This document shows positions 38,301-45,985 of a DNA stretch of 64,000 nt, one piece after another. The position numbers and the translations under genes are program-made. Positions within the stretch are counted from its first letter, which is position 1. Each line of letters starts with the position of its first letter. The notes under the pieces were generated by a model. It worked only from the letters and a program-made list of their open reading frames with translations. It was not told where the DNA came from and did not search any database. Source of the DNA: an uncultured bacterium (GTDB lineage: Bacteria > CAYJRR01); contig CAYJRR010000005.1 of the NCBI GenBank assembly GCA_964372275.1, positions 1 through 64,000 of the forward strand, given 5' to 3'.

Positions 38301-38425
38301 GGCAGATCACGGCGCCGCCAAGACCGGCAGCCGGCGAAGGCCAATGCTCGCCGACTTGACAGTATGGAGCGACCGGCTCGGTCCGTAACGGGCGCGGCGG
38401 TATGTGGCGGCCGTAAGATCCCGGC

Positions 38426-39370
38426 ATGTTCGCGATGGCGGTGCATGGCGGAGCGGGGCGGTGGGAGGCGGAGGCGCACGAGGCGGCGGTGGCGGGGGTG
38501 CGCGCGGCGCTGGCGCTGGGGGTGGCGCTGCTGAAAAAGGGGATGCCGGCGATCGAGGCGGTCGTCGCGGCGGCGAGGCACCTGGAGGACGATCCGGTTT
38601 TCAACGCGGGGACCGGAGCGGCACTCAATCTTCGCGGCGAGGTGGAGTGCGATGCGTCGGTGATGGTGGGGGAGGGGCTTCGCGCGGGCGCGGTGGCGGC
38701 GGTGCGCGGGGTGAAGAATCCGATCCTTCTCGCGCGGCGGGTGATGGAGGAGACCGACCACGTCCTCGTCGCGGGGGAAGGGGCGGGGGAGCTCGCGGCG
38801 CTCTGGGGATTGCGGGACGGCAACGAGCCGACGGCCGGCCGCCGGCGGAAGTGGGAGGAGGCGAAGCGCGCGCTCGGGATCGAGGACGACCCTTCCACGG
38901 CGCGGCTGGTCGCGTTGCTGAAGCGCCATCCCGAGCTCGCCGCCTCGCGGCGCGGAACGATCGGTGCGGTCGCCGTCGACGCGCGCGGCGGCGCGGCGGC
39001 GGCGACATCGACGGGCGGCGTCACCCTCAAGCTCGCAGGCCGGATCGGCGATACGCCGCTGCTCGGCGCCGGCACGTACGCCACCGCCGCCGGCGCCGCC
39101 TCGGCGACCGGGCGCGGCGAGCTGATGATACGCGCGCTCACCACGCGGACGGTCTGCGACCTCCTGGCGCGCGGCGAGTCGGCAGACGGCGCCGCGCGCG
39201 CAGCGGTCGCGGAGACGGCCCGGAGCGTCGGCGACGACCTCGGCGTCATCGTCGTCGACCGTCGCGGCGGGATCGGGATCGCCCACGGCACGCGCTACAT
39301 GCCGCACGCGTTCCAGGTGGAAGGCGGCACGCCGGTCGCGAGCCTTGCCGCGCACACTCCGAGCGGGTGA
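38426..39370 (+). CDS. iaaA: Isoaspartyl peptidase / L-asparaginase (Ntn hydrolase)
   Basis: VHGGAG, LEDDPVFNAG, GTIGAVA (Thr nucleophile), TSTGG, GRIGDTP. Confidence 0.9.
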   Translation: MFAMAVHGGAGRWEAEAHEAAVAGVRAALALGVALLKKGMPAIEAVVAAARHLEDDPVFNAGTGAALNLRGEVECDASVMVGEGLRAGAVAAVRGVKNPILLARRVMEETDHVLVAGEGAGELAALWGLRDGNEPTAGRRRKWEEAKRALGIEDDPSTARLVALLKRHPELAASRRGTIGAVAVDARGGAAAATSTGGVTLKLAGRIGDTPLLGAGTYATAAGAASATGRGELMIRALTTRTVCDLLARGESADGAARAAVAETARSVGDDLGVIVVDRRGGIGIAHGTRYMPHAFQVEGGTPVASLAAHTPSG

Positions 39371-39385
39371 GCGCACCGGCGCGGG

Positions 39386-40078
39386 TCAGCCGCCCGGCGT
39401 CGCCTTGAGGCGGTTGGCGATCGCCTGCAAGGCGACGACGACGGCCGGACGGTCGACGAACTGCACGCCGATCCCCACCGGAAGCGCCGGCGAAGACCCC
39501 TCCTTCGGCTCGGAGCGGTGGACGACGCGGGCCTGGAACGCGGCCGACGGGGGCTCGGGCGCGGGGAAGAGGAACTGGATCGTCACCAACTGGTCGACCG
39601 GCGCGAGACGCGCCGTCTCGACGAACAGGGCGCCGTTCTTCACGTCGCTTCGGATCGTCTGCTCCAGCATCGCGGCGCTCGGGAATCGCACGCGATACAC
39701 CCCGTCGTCGGCCGGTGGCCGCGTCTCGGGGGCCCCCGGGCCGGCCGGGATCTCCAGCTCGCCGCCGGGCGGGAGGAAGGGGCGGATCAGTTCGGGGACC
39801 GGCAGGAACCGCACCCCCATCCCGGCCTGTTGCACGCTGCGCAGCTCGATCGGGACGGCCTTCGACTTCACCACCACCGCCTCGACGGTGCAGGCGTAGG
39901 TTCGTTCGGTGAGGTCGATCTTGAGCCGCGTCCCGACCGGCTGCACCTGGTCGGTGGCGATGAACATCCCGCCGGCGGAGATGTTGGTGGAGTACGCCGA
40001 GAGGGTCTTCGGTGGATTCCCGAGGGTCACCCGGATCGAGATCCGGCGCGGAAACCGCTTCGTGCGGCGACGCTCCAC
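39386..40078 (-). CDS. Tandem PilZ-domain protein
   Basis: RxxxR (RRTKR) plus NISAGG; GMGVRF; second PilZ-like domain ending GIGVQF. Confidence 0.8.
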   Translation of the reverse strand: MERRRTKRFPRRISIRVTLGNPPKTLSAYSTNISAGGMFIATDQVQPVGTRLKIDLTERTYACTVEAVVVKSKAVPIELRSVQQAGMGVRFLPVPELIRPFLPPGGELEIPAGPGAPETRPPADDGVYRVRFPSAAMLEQTIRSDVKNGALFVETARLAPVDQLVTIQFLFPAPEPPSAAFQARVVHRSEPKEGSSPALPVGIGVQFVDRPAVVVALQAIANRLKATPGG

Positions 40079-40092
40079 GGCGCGATCATACG

Positions 40093-40782
40093 TCAGCCGC
40101 CGTAGCTCGCCTTCACGTAGGCGGTCCGTTCCTTCCGGAGCCGATGCAGCTCCTGGCGGACCGCCTCCTCGGCGGAGAGCTCGGCGGCGTAGTCGCACAG
40201 CGCGAGCGCGAGCGCCTCCTCGCCGGCGAGGAAGTGCGTCCCCGCGAGCTCGCCGAGCGCCGCGACCTTGCCCTCCGCCTCCTTCGCCGCGTCGAACGCG
40301 AGCAGGAACTCCTCCGCCGCCGCGCGGGCCACCTCGACGATCCGGTCGGCGGGCCCGCGCACCGTCGCCTGCCGCAGGCAGCCGTATCCGAGCTCCCAGG
40401 CGTACCGGCTTCGCACCGACGGATAGACGGCGACCCCCGCGAGCAGCCGGGCCAGCTCCTCCTCCTCGCCGACCGGATCGGCGCCGACCCCTTCCCCCTC
40501 CTCGCGCACCTCGCCGTCCTCGTCGAGCAGGTCGAGGTAGAAGCTCTGCCACACCTCCGCGTCCTTGCATCGCCGCCGGACCTCGGCCGCCACCCGGTCG
40601 AACCGCGCGGCGAAGGCGCCGTCGCCGGTGTCGAGGAGCGCCACCCACCGGTCGGGGGGCAGCGTCCGGGCGGGGGCGCGCAGCCGCGCGTCGACGCGCG
40701 CGCGCCGGTCGGGATCCAGCGGCTCGAACTCGACCGGCGCGAGCCGGGGGAACCAGGCGCGCAAGCGGGAGAGCACCGTCAC
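40093..40782 (-). CDS. Hypothetical protein
   Basis: Protein-like 3' part of the 378-aa ORF; start uncertain. Confidence 0.6.
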   Translation of the reverse strand: MTVLSRLRAWFPRLAPVEFEPLDPDRRARVDARLRAPARTLPPDRWVALLDTGDGAFAARFDRVAAEVRRRCKDAEVWQSFYLDLLDEDGEVREEGEGVGADPVGEEEELARLLAGVAVYPSVRSRYAWELGYGCLRQATVRGPADRIVEVARAAAEEFLLAFDAAKEAEGKVAALGELAGTHFLAGEEALALALCDYAAELSAEEAVRQELHRLRKERTAYVKASYGG

Positions 40783-40963
40783 CAGCCCCAAGCGTCTCGC
40801 AAGTCGCGGTCGGGGCGGGCGAAAAAATCTCCGGTGCGAGGGACCCGCCGACTGCGAAAAATCTCTCGGGTTGGGGTACGCGCGCCCGGGTTGCGGCTGT
40901 CGCACGCGCCGCCGTACGGAACGTAACCGACCGTGTTTCCATCGGTTCCGGACGATCGGGGGG

Positions 40964-40979
40964 CGGCATGCGGCTTGCG
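40964..40979 (+). promoter_or_regulatory. Putative sigma54 promoter with upstream repeated sites
   Basis: CGGCATGCGGCTTGCG (GG-N10-GC); GCGAAAAA(A)TCTC at 40819 and 40854. Confidence 0.6.
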
Positions 40980-41041
40980 AGATTCGGCCCCAAATCGGGC
41001 CCCGTCTGTTCGATCGGGTCCGGCCAAGGGGGAAGGCTTCG

Positions 41042-41575
41042 ATGAAGACGTCGCGCGCCATCGTTTGTGGACTGGGTCTGGTCGGCTTGCTCGCCGCCGC
41101 CTGCGGCGGGACCGAGGGGGTCTCCAATTCGGGGGTCGGCGACGACCTCCCCACGCCGACCCCCACCCCCGAGCCGACGCCGACGCCGGAGCCGAAGCGG
41201 TACAACGTGCGGATCACCCTCACCAACATCCACGTCTACGGCCACACCGACCCGTTCGGCACCAACGCCGAGCTGTTCGCCACCTTCGCCGTCAACGACA
41301 CCGTCCGATACTCGACCGAGATCTCGGCGGCGAACAACAGCGACTACGACCCGGCGCTCTACGGCGTCACCCCGATCGACGTCACCGCGGAGGAGGGGGA
41401 GCCGATCTTCATCTACTGCGACGTCTACGACTACGACCAGCCGAGCGCGAACGAGCCGCTGGGAACGGTGAACACCGGGTGGTACGCCGGTGACGAGATG
41501 ATCGGGACCCACTCCGTGGCCGCGGAGAACCCGTATCTCTACGACATCACCTACGTGATCGACTACCAGCAGTAG
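41042..41575 (+). CDS. Lipoprotein with PT/PE linker and beta-rich domain
   Basis: Lipobox AAAC; PTPTPTPEPTPTPEP linker. Confidence 0.75.
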   Translation: MKTSRAIVCGLGLVGLLAAACGGTEGVSNSGVGDDLPTPTPTPEPTPTPEPKRYNVRITLTNIHVYGHTDPFGTNAELFATFAVNDTVRYSTEISAANNSDYDPALYGVTPIDVTAEEGEPIFIYCDVYDYDQPSANEPLGTVNTGWYAGDEMIGTHSVAAENPYLYDITYVIDYQQ

Positions 41576-41628
41576 GGTATTCCCTCGGGCTACTCGGCGC
41601 GCCGCCGCCGGGGGATGATCGACGGCGC

Positions 41629-42849
41629 ATGCGCGGCGTCGACCTTCGCTCGCTTCGTACCCATCCGGACTTCCGCCTCTTCTTCGCGGGCCAGCTCGTC
41701 TCGCTGATCGGTTCGTGGATGGCGGGGGTCGCGCAGGCGTGGCTCGTCTACCGTCTGACCGGCTCCACGCTCACGCTCGGGGCGGTGGCGTTCGCGTCGA
41801 ACCTGCCGGTGCTGCTGTTGAGTCCCGTCGCCGGGTGGGTCGCCGACCGCTATCCGCGGCGCCGCACGGTCGTCCTCACGCACCTGCTGTCGATGGCCCA
41901 GGCGGCGGCGCTGGCGGCGCTGACCTTCTCGGGGAGCGTGCGGGTGGAGCACCTCTTCGTCCTGGCGGTGGTGTTCGGGATCGCGAACGCCTTCGAGATG
42001 CCGGCGCGCCATTCGATGGTCGGGGACTTGGTCGGACGCGCCGACGTCGGGAACGCCATCGCGCTGAACTCCTCGATGATCAACGTGACGAGGATCGTCG
42101 GACCGGCGGTCGGCGGCCTGGTGATCTCGCAGATCGGCGAGGCGTGGTGTTTCCTCATCAACGCGGCGAGCTTCGTCGCGGCGTTGGTGACGCTGATCCG
42201 GATCCGCGTTCCGGACCGGACCGACGCGCGGCCGTCGCGCGGACCGGTGCGGCAGGTACTCGAGGGGCTCTCCTACGTCCGCTCCCAGCCGGCGATCGCC
42301 GGCCTGCTGCTCCTCCTCGGGATCGCGAGTCTGGTGGCGATGCCCTACGCCGTGCTCCTTCCGGCGTTCGCCGACCTCCTTGCCGCCGATCGCGGGGCGT
42401 CGGCCCTCGGGGCGTTCCAGTCGTCCGCCGGTCTCGGCGCGCTGATCGGCGCGCTCCTCCTCGCGTCGCAGACCGGGACCGGCGGTCTGGGCCGGGTGGT
42501 GGTGATGTCGCTGATGATCGCGGGCCTCGCGTTGATCGCGTTCGCCGGGTCGCGGTGGCTGCCGCTGTCGATGCTGCTCCTGGTTCCCGTCGGCTTCGGG
42601 CTGATGCGCCACATGGCGGCTACCAACACGTTGCTGCAGACGCTCGTCCCCGACGAGCTGCGCGGCCGGGTGATGAGCTTCTACTCGATGATGCTCGTCG
42701 GTCTGGCGCCGTTCGGGGCCCTGGCGGCGGGGGCCCTCGCGGAAGGGATTGGCGCGCGGTGGACGGTCGCGGTGTTCGGGATGATGGGTGCCTCCGGGGC
42801 ACTCATCGCGCTGTCGTTCCTGCCGGACCTCCGGCCGTCCGTTCGGTGA
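41629..42849 (+). CDS. MFS transporter
   Basis: FRLFFAGQLVSLIGSWM, GWVADRYPRR, VPDELRGRVMS; about 12 TM segments. Confidence 0.92.
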   Translation: MRGVDLRSLRTHPDFRLFFAGQLVSLIGSWMAGVAQAWLVYRLTGSTLTLGAVAFASNLPVLLLSPVAGWVADRYPRRRTVVLTHLLSMAQAAALAALTFSGSVRVEHLFVLAVVFGIANAFEMPARHSMVGDLVGRADVGNAIALNSSMINVTRIVGPAVGGLVISQIGEAWCFLINAASFVAALVTLIRIRVPDRTDARPSRGPVRQVLEGLSYVRSQPAIAGLLLLLGIASLVAMPYAVLLPAFADLLAADRGASALGAFQSSAGLGALIGALLLASQTGTGGLGRVVVMSLMIAGLALIAFAGSRWLPLSMLLLVPVGFGLMRHMAATNTLLQTLVPDELRGRVMSFYSMMLVGLAPFGALAAGALAEGIGARWTVAVFGMMGASGALIALSFLPDLRPSVR

Positions 42850-42863
42850 TAGCATCGGATCCG

Positions 42864-44222
42864 ATGGCGATCCGCGGAACCGGTCGCGTGCGAGAGGAGC
42901 CGCGTCCGCGGATCCTGGTGCAGGCCGGGGCCGGGTCCCGGGCCCGCTGGCTCGACGCGCTGGCGGCGCGTCCCGACCTCGCCGTCGACCGGATCGCCGA
43001 GACGCCCGACCCGCCGTCGCTGCCGCCCGAGAGCCGGCTGGCGATCCTCGAGCTTCCCGCCAACGATCGCATCCGCCGCGTGCGCACGGCGGCGCCGGAG
43101 ATGGCGATCATCGCCGTCCTGTCGACGGAGGACTCGCCGCTGCCCACCGGCGCCGGCGAATCGGCGGAGCGCGCGCGAGAGGAGGCGTTCGCCGCCGGGG
43201 CGACCGACGTCGTCTTCCTTCCGGACGACGCCGACCGCTTCGAGGAGGCGATCTGCCATTTCGCCGGGGTCAACGCCCGGCGCTACACCCGCTACCGCGT
43301 CCGCCTTCCGGTGCAGATCCAGCCCGGCGACGAGCCGCTGCGCGCCGTCGTCGAGAACCTCTCGGTCGGCGGTCTGCAGATCCGCGTCACTGGACCGATC
43401 GAGATCGGATCGGTGATCCGGATCGCCCTGCCGATCCGCAAGGGGGACGCCCTCCTCGACACCTGGGGACTGGTGCGCGGGGTGCTCAACGGATCGAACA
43501 GCGCAATCGCCCGGATGCGCTTCGTCGGGATGCGGTCGAGCGAGCGCGCCGAGCTCGAGAACTACCTCGGGACGTTCGACGCATCGTCCCGCAGCATCGA
43601 GCCCGCCGACGCCATCGTGTCGGTGCGGCGGCTCGACGCCGCCTGGCTCAAGGAGGCTCTCGCCGAGCCGCAGCCGAAACTGGAGTGGCTGACGACCGCG
43701 CTGCCGTCGTTGAGCCCCTCCGAGCGGGCGGCGATCTCCGCCTCCGGCGATGGGGCGTCGGACGAATCGCGCACCCTGTGGGCCGATGTCGGCGTCGCCC
43801 GGTGCCAGGCGGCGGCGTTGACCGAGGCGCTGGAGAAGTACGATCCGGCGCTCGACGATGAGCCGACCGCCGTGCGCGAGGCGGTGATCGAGACGGTCCG
43901 CCGCCTGCGCACCGCGGCCAACCGCTTCGACCGGTGGTCGGAAGGGCAACCGGGAAGCGACATCCGGCCCGTCGCCGACGCCTTGATCGAGCTCTCCGGA
44001 CGTCTCGACCGCGCCATCGCCGCGCGCCTTCCGCACCTGAGCGGCGCCTTCGACCGGGTGAGCGGGCTGGTCCGCCTGGAGCACCTGGAGCGGCTCGAGA
44101 ACGAGGGGCGCGACCTGGACCGCTTCCGCGCGCGCAACCGCCTGATCGCGGCGCTGGCCGGCGTCCTCCTCGGCGGCGCCATCGTCTACGCCGTCGTCGC
44201 CACGCTCGTCGCGCGACGCTAA
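42864..44222 (+). CDS. PilZ-domain protein with degenerate receiver-like N-terminus and C-terminal TM anchor
   Basis: AFAAGATD, RRYTR plus NLSVGG, MRF; hydrophobic C-terminus. Confidence 0.7.
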   Translation: MAIRGTGRVREEPRPRILVQAGAGSRARWLDALAARPDLAVDRIAETPDPPSLPPESRLAILELPANDRIRRVRTAAPEMAIIAVLSTEDSPLPTGAGESAERAREEAFAAGATDVVFLPDDADRFEEAICHFAGVNARRYTRYRVRLPVQIQPGDEPLRAVVENLSVGGLQIRVTGPIEIGSVIRIALPIRKGDALLDTWGLVRGVLNGSNSAIARMRFVGMRSSERAELENYLGTFDASSRSIEPADAIVSVRRLDAAWLKEALAEPQPKLEWLTTALPSLSPSERAAISASGDGASDESRTLWADVGVARCQAAALTEALEKYDPALDDEPTAVREAVIETVRRLRTAANRFDRWSEGQPGSDIRPVADALIELSGRLDRAIAARLPHLSGAFDRVSGLVRLEHLERLENEGRDLDRFRARNRLIAALAGVLLGGAIVYAVVATLVARR

Positions 44223-44303
44223 AGGGGCGGGGGCGCCCCAAAGCGGGGCGAGTGACCCCGGCACGCCTCCAACCGTTACAGGCGCCCCGAAGCGGCGCTC
44301 TAG

Positions 44304-45119
44304 CTAACGTTTGCGAAGGATCTCGTCGATCGTCTCGGCGAACCCCTCGCCCCCGCGCTTCGAGGCGATATAGGCCGGCGGGTCGACGATCCGGTCCCGG
44401 AAGTCGGCGATGTTGGCCATCCCCACCGAGACCGGGAAGCGGCGGAACATCGGCTCGTCGTTCGGCGAGTCGCCGGCGAACAGCACCGTGGCGGGGTCGG
44501 CGTCGGCGTCGATCGAAAGCTCGTCGCGCAGGAAGGCGCGGATCATCCCCTGCTTGTCGTACGACCCGAACCACCCGTTGACGTGGATCGAGGAGACCTT
44601 GGCGGTGCATCCGTGCCGCTCGAAGATCGCCACGATCCGGTCGACCGCCTCGCGGGGCAGCGGCGGGACGTCCTCGCAGAAGTCGATGGCGAGGTCGAAC
44701 TCGCGGCAGAACTGGTCCGAGGCGATGGCCGCGCCCGGAACGCCGGCGAGGATCTCCTCCGCAATCCGGTCGAGCTTGCGACGGTTCTCCGCGCGCGCGT
44801 CGGGGGGGAGGATCCATCGCCTTTCGATCCGGGAACCGGCGTGGCGGAAGTAGAGTGCGCCGTTCTCGCCGACGACGCCGTCGACCGGCCACATGCGCGC
44901 GATGTGGTCGCACCATCCCGCGGGTCTTCCCGTCACCGGCACCACCGCCAGCCCCGCTTCCTTCGCCCGCCAGAGCGCGGCGAAGGCGATGGCGGGGATC
45001 TTCCCGTCGGTGGTGACGGTGTCGTCGATGTCGCAGGCGATGACGCGCAGGTGGCGGCAGGCGGCGGCCGGGATCTCGGCTACCGGCCGGGCGCGGGAGA
45101 GGGGATCGTCGGGGGCCAT
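44304..45119 (-). CDS. HAD-superfamily hydrolase, subfamily IIB
   Basis: DIDDT, VTGR, ENGA, SSIHVN, GDSPND. Confidence 0.9.
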   Translation of the reverse strand: MAPDDPLSRARPVAEIPAAACRHLRVIACDIDDTVTTDGKIPAIAFAALWRAKEAGLAVVPVTGRPAGWCDHIARMWPVDGVVGENGALYFRHAGSRIERRWILPPDARAENRRKLDRIAEEILAGVPGAAIASDQFCREFDLAIDFCEDVPPLPREAVDRIVAIFERHGCTAKVSSIHVNGWFGSYDKQGMIRAFLRDELSIDADADPATVLFAGDSPNDEPMFRRFPVSVGMANIADFRDRIVDPPAYIASKRGGEGFAETIDEILRKR

Positions 45120-45190
45120 CGAACGGCCGACGATCGCGCGACTTCGCGCGCGCCGCAACCGCGATCTCGCCGCCGGGTATCTCGGCGGCT

Positions 45191-45979
45191 CTACGCGCGG
45201 GCGGCGTCGGCGATGTGGCGGTGGAGCGCGTCGAGGCCGTCGGTCAGCGCCGCCGGCCCGGGTTGGAGGATCAGCGGCGACTTGATCTCGTGGATGCGCC
45301 CCGCGGCGACCGCCGGGACGCGATCCCAGCCGGCGCGGGCGGCGATCCGCTCGGGGCGGACCTTCTTGCCGCACCACGACGCGAGGATCACCTCCGGCGC
45401 GCGCTCGACGACCGACTCCGGCGACACGACGCGGCCGGGGCCGTCGTGCCGCGCGCGCAGCTCCGGGAAGACCTCCTCGCCACCGGCGATCTCCACCAGC
45501 TCCGAGACCCAGCGGATCCCGGAGATCAGCGGCTCGTCCCACTCTTCGAAGAAGACCCGCGGCCGCCGAGGCAATTGCGCCGCCCGCTCGCGGATCCGGT
45601 CGAGGTTCTCCTCCAGGCGGGACGCCAGCCGTTCCCCTTCGTCGTGGAGTCCGACCAGCGCCGCCACCTGCCGCACCACGACCAGGATCTCCTCCACCGA
45701 GCGTTGGTTGAAGCCGACGACGGCGTGCCCCCGTTTCATCAGGTCGCGGACGATGTCGGCCTGCAGGTCGGAGAAGGCGAGCACGAGGTCCGGCCGCAGC
45801 GCCTCGATCTTGGGCACGTCGGCGGTGAGGTAGGCCGACACGCGCGGCTTCCGGCGCGCCTCCTTCGGGCGCACGGTGTATCCCGACACGCCGACGACCC
45901 GATCGCCGGCCCCGATGGCGTAGAGGATCTCGGTCGTCTCCTCGGTGAGGCAGACGACGCGCGTGGGATGGCGGCGCAC
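45191..45979 (-). CDS. Cobalamin/Fe-siderophore-binding (BtuF-like) protein
   Basis: RVVCLTEETTEIL, PDLVL, WVSELVEIAGG, ILQPGP. Confidence 0.85.
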   Translation of the reverse strand: MRRHPTRVVCLTEETTEILYAIGAGDRVVGVSGYTVRPKEARRKPRVSAYLTADVPKIEALRPDLVLAFSDLQADIVRDLMKRGHAVVGFNQRSVEEILVVVRQVAALVGLHDEGERLASRLEENLDRIRERAAQLPRRPRVFFEEWDEPLISGIRWVSELVEIAGGEEVFPELRARHDGPGRVVSPESVVERAPEVILASWCGKKVRPERIAARAGWDRVPAVAAGRIHEIKSPLILQPGPAALTDGLDALHRHIADAARA

Positions 45980-45985
45980 GCGGGC

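Noticed and set aside
36866-38425. TPP riboswitch upstream of the thi operon
   Set aside because: No CTGAGA/ACCTGA core recognised on the minus strand, and thiO appears leaderless; a covariance-model search would be decisive
44223-44300. GGCGCCCC(A/G)AAGCGG repeated twice between convergent genes
   Set aside because: Could be a REP-like or terminator hairpin, but only two short copies and no U-tract; too weak to call
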